A DNA stretch of 64,000 nucleotides from the human T2T-CHM13v2.0 reference genome, Homo sapiens. Below are positions 1 through 14,146 of the stretch, one piece after another. The notes beneath the pieces were generated by a model. The model saw only the letters and a list, made by a program, of their open reading frames with translations, was not told where the DNA came from and made no database searches. The position numbers and the translations under genes are program-made. Positions within the stretch are counted from its first letter, which is position 1, and every line of letters starts with the position of its first letter. Location of the stretch: NCBI RefSeq assembly GCF_009914755.1, contig NC_060929.1; one strand, given 5' to 3'.

Positions 1-2783
1 AAACTACAATCTTCCTAAGGAATTGAAATGTGTGGTCCCCCCTTCTGGCCCGGTAGTTGCTTTGCAGTCACGAATGCCAACACACTAAGGCTGAATCCTT
101 TGAACTATTCAAACTTTTTTTAGTTGGAAGGGACCTCTAGTGGGTCACTCCATGCATTTCTCCCTGGAGTTCAGCTGCAGAATGGATTTTGTTACCTAAG
201 ATAAGAGTATAACAACTTTTTCTCTGTAGACAAGTTAGTATTCTCTAAGCACTATCTTAATATTTGTGACAGGTCAAATCATTATTGCTATTATTTCTGT
301 ACTTCCTCTAATTTAGGGGACTTACAAATATTTTTATGGTTTTCTGAATATCTAGACTTTTGGTAACTGCTGGATGATTCCAAATGAAAGCAATGGCCAA
401 TTAATAAAGAATTTACCATCATCAATATAAGATTTTCTTATTTCTGATCTTTTCCAAGACTCTACTTCCTTACTTCTAATTTACTCAATAACAATAATAA
501 CATTATATTTAGAACTCCAAAAGTTCTACATGAAGAGCGCCGCCGCCCCCCGCCCCCCAACCAACAACAAGAAAAGAAATATTTGCAGGAAAAAAAAGTG
601 CAATGACTGTTTCAGAAATCTGTGAACATTCACAAGTTATGCTGAACTAAGGCCATCTAATTCAAAGAATTCCCCGTTCAAATAAATATATGTTGAACAT
701 CCAAAAGCTGTTTAGATACCTGTGTCATCCTTACTCCAGGTTTTTTCTGTTTCATTTCTTTCCTTGATGTATCACAACACATTTTAGGTAACCTACTCCT
801 TAAAATACTCTGCCTGGAACTTGGAGCAGCATAATTTCTGTAGGGTGAATCAGCCTCTTCTGCTGACAGCCTGCAGGTTTCAACTTCCAATTTAAAAATC
901 TGTTCTAAAGTTTGAAATGTGTTCCAAATAAGATAACATCCAGCAGAATCCAGTTGCCTTGTGCTTCTTGCTTAGTCATGGCTGCTTATTCTTTGGTGTC
1001 CGTCAGAATTAGGGTCTCACTTATAAAAATAACAAGCAGTGACTCAGTCTGAATTGCATTCTTAACAGTGTTTCAACCTAGTCAGTGTCTACTGAGCACA
1101 CTTTATTTACTTCACAAAAAAAGTGAAAATGTAGACAATCAAACTTTCTCTGGTTTAAATATTTTTCTGAATAATGATTCTAAATTCAAAGACTCAAGAA
1201 CATTATGGTAATAGGAGAACTGCAGAAAGAAGAAGGCATACACACACACGCAAACACAGCACCCAGTTGTGACAATGTTCCAAGAATATTAGAGAAGAAA
1301 TACAGAAATGCAGCATATGGGCTGATTTTCTTTTCTTCTTCGTTTTTTTCATGTTGTTTTCTCCCTTGGGATTTTTATTTTATTTTGAAGACAGATGAGT
1401 GCTTGAAGCACTTTACTGAAACTAAATAGTAATATTTTTGTTCCAGCTTGCCTTTTCCAAAGATTAACTGGTCTACTTTTTTAAGTTTCTATTCGTACAG
1501 AAGCCTCTCTTTTTCAAAACAATCTTATGAGGAACTTCAGGTTCTCTCTAATTAGCTATTGAACCAAATGTCTATAGTGTTTGTGATGCTATCACCCACA
1601 AAGTAGGAAGATAAGGGAAGAGGGGAGAGTATAAACAACCCTTCAAAGAAGTGGTGCATTCAAAATTACTACTAAATAGTTGGGTCAGAGGGAGCCATCT
1701 GCAGCCAACAGTCTAGTTGTTCAAAATTGAACTCTCCAAGAAACTTTCAACTCTTCCAACAAAGAAAAGTTATTGAAGGCTGAATGCTCTGAGCACACAT
1801 TCATAAATGTGGAGTAGACTCATATGCAGAGACTATTAAAGATTATTTCATCTGTTTAATATCTTTACACTAACACCATTGGGTGCTGGTTTCTTCCAGG
1901 AATCAGATCACCTTGTTATGATTTATAAGAGGTAGAATTTCATTAATGCCAGAGTGTTAATATTAAATTTGATTTGTCATGTAAATGGGCAGCATGGTTT
2001 GCAAGCTTTTCTTAGTGTATGTGGTACTATCTTGTGAGAGAAACGACTTATGAAGAAGATGAGGCACATAAAGCTAGCATACCACAGGGTATGATTTATC
2101 TTCATATTTCAGCACTTGAAAGAACACTGTGTTTTCTCTTTCTCTAATTTCCTAAATTGGTAGGTCTGGCCAAAAGATATCCAAGAGACCTAATAAGTTA
2201 TAGGAAGAGAAAACAGCAAGAAAAAATTAACTTGGGGAAGTGTCCAAGTGAGTGAAATGGAAAGAGATGAGGACGTAAATTTTTACAGCAGAGGGAAACA
2301 TAAGAATAGAAATAGAATCAAAATTGCCATTTTTACATAGGGTGCATTTTCCTCTTTATAAATAGTGCTACTGTTAAATGCCACCTTATAAACATAATTA
2401 CATCATTAACATATTTATACACACTACTCATCTCTACCATAAAATGCAAACTTGAAAATTACCTTTAAAAAATCACCATCTAAGGGAGGTAACCCTGGGT
2501 GGATGGTAAATTAACTGGAGGAATATCTTTTTCAAAGTGGTCTGAAATTGCATCAGAATCAACGAAAAGATTTCCTTAGTGCATTGAAGAATATCAACTC
2601 TTTTCCTTCTATTATCTTTATTGTCCTGCATGCTAAATAGAAAAACCATGTATTCCTCTGATGCCTGCAATCCAAAGTATACAGTAATAATATAGACCAA
2701 GTATTCTACTTGTCACCCATTTGGATCCTGTGTGTGATATAGCATGATGAAAGGCAGAGCTACAAGACAGCAACCCCTCACCT

Positions 2784-3237
2784 CTTTACATGGTAAATAT
2801 ATATATATACACACACATACACACACACACATATGTGTATATATATATGCTCAGAGCATATATATCTATACACACACATATATATAGTGGACAGAAGGAA
2901 AAGAGTTGATAATATATGTGTGTGTATATACATATGGTGTATATATATGATGTATATATATGATATATATGGTGTATATATGTATATATGTACTTTACAT
3001 GGTGTATATATGTACACACATATGTGTATATACACACACATATGTGTATATATGTACACACACATATGTGTATATATATGTACACACACATATGTGTGTA
3101 TATATATGTATACACACATATGTGTATATATATGCTCAGAGCATATATATCTATACACACACATATATATATCATGGATAGAAGGAAAAGAGTTGATAAT
3201 ATATACGTTTGTGTGTGTGTGTATGTGTGTGTGTGTA

Positions 3238-3290
<53 letters not shown>
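2784..3290. repeat. Complex (TA/CA/TG)n microsatellite with internally duplicated unique spacers
   Basis: Dinucleotide runs. CTTTACATGGT recurs at 2784 and 2993; TGCTCAGAGCA...AGAAGGAAAAGAGTTGATAATATA recurs at 2848 and 3133. Confidence 0.95.
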
Positions 3291-3292
<2 letters not shown>

Positions 3293-4130
3293 AAGATAAA
3301 AAGCACTCACCAGTATCTTGGCTCAGAACTTTTATACATCCAAATAATAATGATAATAAATAATAAACTAACCTTTACTGAGCTTTTCTATGTCACACCC
3401 TCTTCTAAGTATTTTACATGCATTTCGCATAGCAATAATTACACAGTAAATCAAAATGACCCTACTATACTTGTATCCTCTTTACTTAGCCCTTTTTTGG
3501 TTTGAATTTCCAGGGAATCTCTGTTTGAGCCAAGCACTTAATGAAGGTGCTGTTAACAAACAGTTGTGATGTCTTAGAAGTAAAAGTGTGACTCTCTCTG
3601 AGAACTACAGAGCAGCAGAGGGCATGGGAATGATTTGATTATTTTGACCAGAGCTTGGCAGATGTGAAGGCTCAGGAAGATGTTTTTAAGTTATTCATTT
3701 TTGAAAAATCATCTGCAAGCATGTGTCAGAATTTATAATTGTAGTAGAAAGCATTGTGTGGGCCATTTTTATGAACATAATGATGGTACTTTTTATATGA
3801 GAATAAATTATCTTATCCTGCCTTCAGAGGGATCTTTATGAGGAAAGGGGTATTTCAGGAAGGTAGCTAAAATGACACCTGTTCATTGCATTGAGAGGGG
3901 AGGGACACCTCAACCTCACAGCACCCACTAAGGGCATCAGTCCATTCTCAGCTCGTTGACATTACCATGGATGTAGCATTTGGGACTCTGGGTAGAGCTA
4001 AGTAAGATAGTGTTTGTGTCCTTCTTTATCTAGTAAGTAAAAATAATTTTTTATGACCACATTTATTTTGTTACTTCATTACTATCACAATTTGGTATTT
4101 GTTCTGAATGATTTACCAAGTAAAATTTCA

Positions 4131-4131
4131 C

Positions 4132-4179
<48 letters not shown>

Positions 4180-4325
4180 CACTACCATGCCACCAGAAAA
4201 CAATCGCCACAAAAGCAAGGAAAGAAAGAGGGAGGGAGGAAAGGAGAAAGGGAGGGAAGTTGGGAGAAGGAAGGAGGGAGAGAGAGGAGTGAGGGAGAGA
4301 GGGAGGAAGGGAGGGAGGAAGAAAC
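4131..4325. repeat. (CA)n followed by a polypurine (GGGA/GGAA) tract
   Basis: CA run ~4135-4170; near-pure purine tract ~4219-4324. Confidence 0.9.
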
Positions 4326-4444
4326 CCTCTTAATACAGTCACGTTTTATATGGTTGACATTGATGAGCCATTTTCATTATATTCTCTTCTTTCTATTGCC
4401 ACCATTCAAAAAGTCATGTAGTTAATCTAGCCTTCAAGGAAAGT

Positions 4445-4570
4445 TTGATCATTAGAAATATAATCAGAGAATGTGAGACACAGGAAGGAGCTTAAAGATG
4501 ACTTTATCTAATACTCTTCATTTAACTGTGAGATAACTGATGACCAGAGAGATGAATAACTTATCCATGG
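4445..4570 (-). mobile_element. MIR/MIR3 SINE fragment
   Basis: Degenerate reverse MIR core (CTGTGAGATAACTGATGACCAGAGAGATGAATAACTTATCC). Confidence 0.55.
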
Positions 4571-4947
4571 ATATATTTGATTTATTTTGTTCTCTTATCT
4601 CTATCTTTCTCTGCTGTGGCTTGATTTCTAGTTGTTGAATGTTATTGCTTTTTATCATCACCATTTAATTCTGGCATTAAAAATTAAAGAGGAAATTTAA
4701 ATAAAGAATATTATTATTTATAATTATTCTGTGAAGGGACAAATGTGGATACTTGCGGTGAAGATAAGGATGTAGGCTTCTTTAAGAATTTTGTGTGTTC
4801 CTACATTTTGCAAATTTCCTATTGCAAAGAAGAATTAATATTTTCCCTCAAAATACTGACCATTGCTAGGGAGACATATGATAAGGTTTGGGGTTTTGTT
4901 TTATTTGTAATGGATTGATGGCAGTTTTGAGTAAACCTTATCTAAAT

Positions 4948-5269
4948 CAGTGATTCCCCAGGAGACCCAAAGTTGTATCCATCTTTGAAATAAAAAAAAT
5001 CATTGGTCAGTGGTTAGATATGAGAAATGATGACAACCTATTGTGTGTCTCATAAATCTCAATTTATTTGATTTAAAGAAATCAGACAGTAACCTTCCCA
5101 CTGCTTTGAAGTTAAAATGTCAATTCTTTCATGGAAATATGGGGAAAGATTATGATGGCTTTTTCCTTGGCAAAATTTAAATTTGGCAAGTAACTCAATG
5201 TCAATCCTCTCCCCTTTAAAAAATAAAACTGTTAATGTTCCATGAAATCCAAAAGTCTGGGGACCACTG
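4948..5269. mobile_element. hAT-Charlie-type MITE (family undetermined)
   Basis: Terminal inverted repeats CAGTGATTCCCCAG ... CTGGGGACCACTG. Confidence 0.6.
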
Positions 5270-5892
5270 GTTTAATACAATGACTGACATCATGTTGAGA
5301 AATGATTGACCTGGTTCTCTTCCTTCTTATCTGGATGAACAAAAAGTAAAGGGGAATTATAATTATATTTAAAACACCAAAAAGACAAACTAAACAAAAG
5401 CCATTTAATGAAAAGGTATCCTTGGGTCTCTTAATTAAAACTTACAGAGATTAATACTAACATTTGGAATACTAATATGATCTTTGACCATATTAACATA
5501 TCCTCAAAAAAAATATGCTTTGCCAAGCTCATGGCCAGAATGTGTCATTAATAGTGAATTTGCCCACTTGATTACATAGCGGATAATTCAGTGGGAAATG
5601 AAAAGTTTTAAATTTATATCTAACTCTATAAGCCGGAACAAACACAGCCCACCTTAACCATATAAATTATAAAATCAGTGTCTTTTTTTTCTAAAAGTGA
5701 ACTTTGTATAATTGTAGACAAAAATTTACTAACATGTTGGTCTGTGTTTTGAGATATACATTTTTACTTCAAAAAGCAATTGCCTTCTAGTGTATAGTAT
5801 AGATTTCAGTCATTAAAATGAGCTTATCGTATTTTTAACTGCAAAGCTTAAATCTCCTTTTGCAGAATTAAAAAAGAAAGAGAGTCTCATTA

Positions 5893-6213
<321 letters not shown>

Positions 6214-6433
6214 ATATATATATATACACACACATATATATATGCAACTGTATGTATATATACACATATATACATACATGCGTATATATGTTACATATAT
6301 ACATATATGCGTGTATATATGTAACATATACACGCATATATGTATATGTCACATATATATGTGTATATATGTGACATATATAAAACTATATGTATATATA
6401 CACACACATATATATATGCAAAATATATATATA
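6214..6433. repeat. (TA/CA) microsatellite in the Alu tail
   Basis: Degenerate TA/CA run between the Alu A-tail and the distal TSD copy ATATTTGCA. Confidence 0.9.
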
Positions 6434-6803
6434 TTTGCAACTGCTCAGTTTTGTACTCAACAAAATATTCTAAGCTCCCCTTAGCAACAGTTTCTAATTT
6501 AATACCAATCAAAATGGCTTGTGGTCAGTCTAATTACCAATGCAAAATGATAAAATCTACCTTGACTGTTACATTACTGCTGACTCCTCATTTGAACCAA
6601 GTTCAGCGACTTTTCTCCCAACAATTATTCTTGTATTAAGCTACTTGTTTAAAAGTATCTAGTAGAGATATTGTCAGTGTTTCATAAAAGATTAATTCTA
6701 TTAGTGTGGCCTTGTGATAAATATCAGTTCCACATTTTCCCTCTCTGATTTACCTGCTTTTTTATAAAGCGAGAGAGAGAGAGAGATGTTTCAGGCAGGT
6801 CCT

Positions 6804-7505
6804 TTTTTTTTTTTTTATTTATTTTTTATTATTATACTTTAAGTTTTAGGGTACATGTGCACATTGTGCAGGTTAGTTACATATGTATACATGTGCCATG
6901 CTGGTGCGCTGCACCCACTAACTCGTCATCTAGCATTAGGTATATCTCCCAATGCTATCCCTCCCCCCTCCCCCCACCCCACAACAGTCCCCAGAGTGTG
7001 ATATTCCCCTTCCTGTGTCCATGTGATCTCATTGTTCAATTCCCACCTATGAGTGAGAATATGCGGTGTTTGGTTTTTTGTTCTTGCGACAGTTTACTGA
7101 GAATGATGATTTCCAATTTCATCCATGTCCCTACAAAGGACATGAACTCATCATTTTTTATGGCTGCATAGTATTCCATGGTGTATATGTGCCACATTTT
7201 CTTAATCCAGTCTATCATTGATGGACATTTGGGTTGGTTCCAAGTCTTTGCTATCGTGAATAATGCCACAATAAACATACGTGTGCATGTGTCTTTATAG
7301 CAGCATGATTTATAGTCCTTTGGGTATATACCCAGTAATGGGATGGCTGGGTCAAATGGTATTTCCAGTTCTAGATCCCTGAGGAATCGCCACACTGACT
7401 TCCACAATGGTTGAACTAGTTTACAGTCCCACCAACAGTGTAAAAGTGTTCCTATTTCTCCACATCCTCTCCAGCACCTGCTGTTTCCTGATTTTTTAAT
7501 GATTG
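6804..7505 (-). mobile_element. 5'-truncated young LINE-1 (L1PA2-like), ORF2 C-terminus plus 3'UTR
   Basis: Poly(T) start; ORF2 end ([18 protein letters not shown]...RIFSLIGGN); GAG rather than ACA at the Ta-diagnostic site; 13-bp TSD TCAGGCAGGTCCT at 6791-6803 and 7506-7518. Confidence 0.97.
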
Positions 7506-9409
7506 TCAGGCAGGTCCTAATTAAGACAACAGAATGAAGTGGAGTCACTTACGAGTTAATGTACCCAAGAGGAGGTGGTCCCAAACCTCCAGATACAAAA
7601 AGTGCCTGCTCAGCCATAACTTTTGCATTCATAGCAAATGCTATTACCTGGAAGAAAATTGCATTTAAGATAAGAATGCAGGAATGTCAAATGCAAGTGC
7701 TGTATTTAGATATTTTGTCTGATACTTTTTTTCTTCCTCAAGTTCACTTTTGATTCTGTTACCACACTCCAAAATATCTTTCCAAAGAGCACTGTGGTTT
7801 GTTTTTCTTAGAAAACTTTTTCTTCTTGAGTTTAAATGGGCATGTACTTTGTGTTCCAAAAAGCAATGAAATTAAATTGAAGAGATGACCTCAGTACATG
7901 AGTGGACAGAGCAAGGTGCTTAGTGGTTATCTGAATAACCACTTTCTCCCCAAACGTAACGCTAGGGAGGACGGGTACTTTATTTAAAATATGAAGTTGG
8001 AAGCAACATAAGAGTAAAGTGCTCTCAAGCAACTGAGTTTAATTTGATATAATAAAAGATTTCTATGTGGTGGGCAGAGAAAGGAGAAATTATTGAAACC
8101 GTAGGCTGGATTAATTGGGCACTATAGAATAAAAAGTTGGCTTTGCACCTTTGAGGTTCTGAACATTAATTGAGCATATGTTTGCTTCCCAATTTCTCAC
8201 TAAACCAAAATGGATTTTTAAATGGCTTTTTTCTCTTTTTTCTTTGTATGATAATCTTTTTATCACGGCTGGTTAGAGAAACCAATCACAGAAGATGAGA
8301 GCCAAAACTGTCCCGTTTTGGATTTTAAAATATGCACTAATGTCTATAATCTTGTAAAAGACTTTAAAGCGAGAAGTGAAATTTGGACTGCATGTTAAAC
8401 TCCACAATCAAAAAAAAGCAGCTACAAGATTCTGACTACCAAGGAGATGCTGAGTTTGTCAAGTACTTTCCAATTTAGGTTTTACCTGATTGACAAGTGT
8501 TCCTAAGAATGATATTCAGCCAAGACTTTTGGGAAAATCCATTATTTGATTCCCTGCACAGCAAAAGCCCACCTGATACAAACATAAGATGCTTTATGGA
8601 ATAGATAAATCCAGGTTGGGGGAGAAAGGAGAAAATGGCTTTAAAATATCACTTTGCCAACTCAAGATGAGAGTTTTAAGATGAGGGCATCCCTTGTAAC
8701 TGTAAGCACATAGGGAAGGCTCAATAAATGCTTACTAGGTGAAATTCTTCTCATGTAAGCTACGAAAGCATCTCTTAAATATTTTTACAACTGATTTCCT
8801 GTTCAAGCTCATGCTTGCCAGTGAAAATACACTTTTCTATCTCATGCTAACAACTTAATTTTTTATAATTCTGACCACTTTCAAATGAGCCTATTTTGAA
8901 GGAAGCCCTATCAGTGGTGTCCTGAGAGCCAGGAAGACTAAGCAACTTGATAGGGCAGCCCAGCTTTCAATAACGGAGCCACCAGCCCTCATCTTCCTCC
9001 AGGCAGGCGTTTTATTAAGGTTGGTATTCAACATTGTTGCCTGAAGCCTGATTAATAATTTATGCCTTCCTAAGCAGATTAGCAGAAGTCTGTCATTTTG
9101 ATATTTTAATTCTTAGTTTGTGTTTGGAAACAGAATGTACCCCTGAGTTTACACTTTTAACATATTTTATTTTTTAGAATTCATACCTAAACTAAACAAT
9201 GTCCTTGCCAAGATTTTTTTTCTCTTACAGTTTTAGTAGCCATATGTGTGACCATGTATTTTCTATCATAAATAAAACAATTGCTTATTTGCTAAGTGAA
9301 TGACTTTTTTTTGCCTCTCATCCAAATAATCCTATATGTTCTTTTTAAAGTATTTTGAATTTTGTTACTTAAGGATTAAAAATAAGAAAGATGACTGGGA
9401 AAATGAAGT

Positions 9410-9640
9410 AGAATAATAAAACCTAACGCTTAGCACTTACAATATTTCAGGCATCATTCTAAATATCTTACATGAGTTTAATGTTCACAACAAGACTTTC
9501 AAGTAAATACTGTCAATCTTCTCAGTTTTAAAGATAAAACTAGGGAACAGAACAATTAAGCAACTTGCCCAAGGTCACATAGTTGGTTCTTTTTGGAGCT
9601 AAAATTCAATCGTGGCACCCTTGAGAACCCACATTGTTTG
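9410..9640 (-). mobile_element. MIR SINE
   Basis: AATTAAGCAACTTGCCCAAGGTCACATAG reverse MIR core with a matching tail upstream. Confidence 0.8.
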
Positions 9641-9690
9641 AACTGTTGCATTCTTGTGCCTTTTGTGCTCTATATACATGTACTGAGATC

Positions 9691-9803
9691 ATAGAATAGA
9701 TAGATGACAGATAGATAGATAGATGATAGATAGAATAGATGGAAAATAGACAGATAGATAGGTAGATAGATGGATACATAGAAAATAGACAGGATAGATA
9801 GAT
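9691..9803. repeat. Degenerate (GATA/TAGA)n tetranucleotide repeat
   Basis: Direct inspection. Confidence 0.9.
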
Positions 9804-10939
9804 TCAAATGTATGAATCTCAAATACAAAAAAAGTCAAAGGTATGGGTATTTTATATATACATATATCTTATATGTAACATGTACACATTTCTCAAGGCT
9901 TAAAAATACAGTTAGAAAGGAAATCCATTTTCTTTTTCATCCTTCAGTGAGTGTACCAGTATATTCTATAACAAGTGAGATCAATTAATTATAGCCCAAA
10001 GCAACAGGTTTCAGCCTCATAGAGGCCTTTTAGCTTTAGGCCTATCTGTTCGCTTTAATTTGAGTCAGTCTTATAATCACTTACTGTTGGTCCCAAGGGA
10101 AACCTCGCAAGGGTGTTTGAAAGGTTCAGATTCATCATTAATTACTTTATTCATTCTGTAATGTTTACTGAGGGCCCCTGTGCTCAGTTCTGCAGAGAAA
10201 GCAGGTAACAAGACAAACATACATCGACTAGCAATTTACGGAAAATAGATTATTTCCTCATACTCTATCCAAGACCAATAATACTAGCTTTGTATATAAT
10301 GAATAGGATATTCAGAATTGATTATGTTTTCTATTCGCCCATACTTACATCTTACATTAATACAGAAATTAGCTTTGAGTTTCATGATTTGTAAGGTTTC
10401 TATTCATTTTCAGGTTTGGCTTTGAACCTCCTACTCAGCTTAGAAAGAAGCACCATACCTCCCTTCACTACCAAAAGCTTAACATGGTTTTATATTTTTG
10501 ACGATATGCCTCAGAATATTTTCTTGGTGGTCCCTTCACTAATCCCTACAATTTCCCCAGTGATTTTGCCACAAAGCACAAAGCCATACATATACTGGTC
10601 AGTCAAAATACAGTTCAGCAAGAAATCACTCTACACAAGAAGACTAGTTAAAATTTAGGATTGAGGTGATAGGATTTCAATTCGACTCAGCCATTTAATG
10701 AACACTTTTGGGCAAGGCATTGTGTCAAGTGCCACAGATAATGCCATGCCTTGATGTCAGATGAGGTGCAGTATGTGGTCAAAATTAAACATGACCATTA
10801 AAAGCTGCTATTTTAGAAAGTTATTCTTTCAGAATTCAGGTCTTTTAGTCATGAAATCTATTGGGATCTTCCATTACTAACTCTGGAGTTGAATGTGTTG
10901 ACACTCACACTCCTTGCTAATATCCAGCTGACCAGTGCT

Positions 10940-11260
10940 CCCACTCATCTTCACCTGGCCAAATCTTATTGGATCTTCAGGACAAAGACCAAGAATCTGC
11001 TTCTCCAAGAAGCATTCTCTGACCCCCACCTACCTATCTGACTCTTAGCTTAGATTCCTAATGGTGTGAGTGTGTCAGAGCCTTTACTTAGTCTAAGCGT
11101 AACTGTAAAAACATCTTTTCAAAAGTCTCTGCATGACTGTCTAGGTCTCACCTATCACACTGTAAGCATCTGGAAAACAAAGCCACTGAGTCTTCCTTTT
11201 ACCAAAAAGGCCTAGCCTTGTTTTTGACAAATGGCAAGAACACATTAGATGTTTGTTGAG
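10940..11260 (+). mobile_element. L2 LINE 3' fragment
   Basis: L2-like motifs CTTCTCCAAGAAGCATTCTCTGACCCCC, CTGTAAGCATCTGGA and terminal ATGTTTGTTGAG. Confidence 0.6.
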
Positions 11261-11480
11261 AGAACAAAAGGAGAGAACTCATTATGAAACTCTGGACAAC
11301 ATTTATATACCTCTCTACATTTTTTGTGTTGGAGGTTAGTTTTCTTTTCTAATAATTTGATTTCTTTGGATACATCGAGGCAATACACTTAAGAAGCAAG
11401 AAGATTGGGGCCAGCCTTCTAGACTGTTCAAAGGGTTACACCCAACAGAAGGGAAATATTCCCGAGATGACCTTGGTGCC

Positions 11481-12024
11481 TGTTGGGGTGATCAAGCCCA
11501 ACACCAGGCCGTCGGGGCTACAAAGTCCAGTGGGGTCAAAGGAATGAGAAAAGACAAGTTAAGAGTGCATAAAGTGTATCCAGGGGGCTAACGCTAGATT
11601 GGAGGCTGTGAAGGCCCGGAGCTCTGGGAGCCCACACTATTTATTGCTGGAGTAGAAAGGTAGCAGTGCATCAAGTGTAGCTGTGACAGTTTAGCATTTT
11701 CTTTGACACATATAGAATATGCTCTGCTGCTTGATATAATGGAGAGCATGTTTATGAGCCTGGGAGAGCAACCAACAAGTCTGTGCACATTCCAGAGGCT
11801 ACGAGGGGCTTTATGCCCTGAGCCCTGGATTCCATCCAAGCCGCAAGGGGTTTTATGCCCTGGGCTTAGATTTGTGGCGTGGCAGTGCAGCCTTCCACCC
11901 TTTGGCACAGAGCTTGGTGTTCCAAAGGCCACGAGGGGTTTTAGACCCTGGACCCCGGACATCCTCCAAGGATCTTTTATATTACGACAAACAAGCCAGT
12001 CCTGCCTCAGCTCTTCTACCAACA
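11481..12024 (-). mobile_element. Solo LTR, ERVK (HML-type) class; subfamily uncertain (LTR22-like?)
   Basis: 544 bp with TGTTGG...CCAACA inverted termini; 6-bp TSD GGTGCC/GGTACC; minus-strand AATAAA at 11640-11645; three internal ~18-bp repeats. Confidence 0.85.
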
Positions 12025-13202
12025 GGTACCTTTGGCCAAATGTCTGAAATAGGGTTACAGATTCTATAACTGATGGATCTCCTAACAGGATAATTGAGTG
12101 TCTTATAGGGAAGTTGACATTTTTTTGGTTACTCTACTCCAAGGCATTGAATTGTTTACAGTTTTTATTTGTTCATGGTGGAAACTGTGGCTGTATATTA
12201 TTTCTTATTGGTGTAGGCTAGTATGATAAACTTTGCTTATCTTTTAGTTTGTTATCAACCCATAGTAGCACATCAAACTGAATCTACAAAAAAAACTATG
12301 GAAAACCCTTATGTATGTGTTTCATGAGCAAAATTACCTTTGCTTCAAATTCCAACCTTGGAAATGTTTCTTGAGTTTCTACAGGTAGTCTAATACCAGA
12401 TTCTATGTACCTTGTTGTAACCTTGAACATGGCTGTACCAAAAAGACTGAATTAAATTCAACTGATTATGTAGTCCAATTTCATTCCTCAAGTGGCCGTC
12501 AATGCATGGAATAGGATCTTCATGAATATTGCTTGGCAGTGAAACATGCAGTTCAACCCAGCTCTATCTGAGCATGCCAACTGTTTTGTAAGGTTGTGAG
12601 ATGAAGTGGGAGAGGTCTGGATGATTTCCCTTATAATTCCCTATTTAATGTGATATCCATCATTCTGAAGCCAAAGGTATATGGAGAATTTTAAACTTAC
12701 TAATCAATAGAATAGAAATTAGGTTTTTATGTTTGTTTGTTTTTTTAACATAAGTGAATTTCCTAGACTAGAGTAGGTACCATGGTAGCTTTTGGCAAAT
12801 CTTCTACTGCATCTCACCACTGTGGGAAATTGCAGCTTCCAAGGAAAAGGAGTAGAAACTACAGGCTCAAAAAAATGAGATCAGTGATTCCCAGCATTGT
12901 GTTTGAGCCTCTGCACAATTCTCTTGCTTAAAGCCTTCCAATCAGTAACCTCTCTTATTAATACAAGTGATCTAAACTGGTTTAGGGCATCCTCTCCCAC
13001 ACTGCACATCCCCAGCTTTAGAATGAGAAGTAGAGAGTTAAAAAATTTTCAGGAGTGATTAAGCTAGTGGGAGTAAAGGGGAAGGCAATAAGTAACCCTA
13101 TTAACGGGAAAGGCGGTCAGAAAAGCAAGCTACAGTCATTCATGCTCAGCATCCTAAAGATCTGATTGCTTCTCACTCTGATTCTCTAAGTGTTTTCAGC
13201 TG

Positions 13203-13649
13203 GTATATTGGGACACTTTGGACTATGAGTAAGAGAAAATCCCATCTCGAACTGGATTAAACAGAAGTAAAATTATTATTTTACATAAGAGACAGTCTAC
13301 AGGAAAGCAGGCTGCAATCGATCTGTTAGATCAGTGATATAACCAAAATTTCAGGATCTTTCTATCTCCCTCCTGCTATCCTCAGCATCAAAGTCATTCA
13401 CCTGGTGATTTGCCTCAGAGTCGAAGATGGTTGCTGGTGGCAATTGGAGCTACACCCTTCCATATTTTTGTCTAGTAGAAAAGAGAAAAAAAAATCTTTC
13501 TCACAATTAAGGATTAAGGGTAATGTCCTTCAGCTCATTGTGCCAACTTAGGTCATATGACCACTCAATACAATATTAAGTGCTGGAAATTCTAGGTGCT
13601 ATTTAGCTTTTTAGAATAAAGACCCATTCTTGGGACCAGCTTTTCTTAA

Positions 13650-13692
<43 letters not shown>

Positions 13693-13780
13693 AGAAGGCA
13701 AATACTTGAACAAAACTGAGATTCTGTTTGGAAGAAAGAAAAGGGTGAGAAAGATGCTGGGTAGTCAACAAACACCATAA
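13203..13780 (-). mobile_element. Old MaLR LTR (MLT1K/L-like) with internal (TG)n at ~13652-13688
   Basis: AGAGAAAATCCCATCTCGAACTGGATTAAACAG start and GATGCTGGGTAGTCAACAAAC end resemble reverse MLT1K/L. Confidence 0.6.
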
Positions 13781-13810
13781 ACTATGATTTAGTCACTTAA
13801 AGTCAGTATC

Positions 13811-14127
<317 letters not shown>

Positions 14128-14146
14128 CTAAGTGAAAATATAAGTA

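Noticed and set aside
536-560. GC-rich CGCCGCCCCCCGCCCCCC patch as a promoter or CpG island
   Set aside because: Only ~25 bp within AT-rich DNA.
2778-3505. Several 100-176 aa ORFs rich in Y/I/H/T/C/V
   Set aside because: Translations of dinucleotide microsatellite, which lacks stop codons.
7036-7548. 170-aa ORF resembling a real protein
   Set aside because: It is the L1 ORF2 C-terminus of a 5'-truncated element with no promoter or start; the same applies to 61616-62023.
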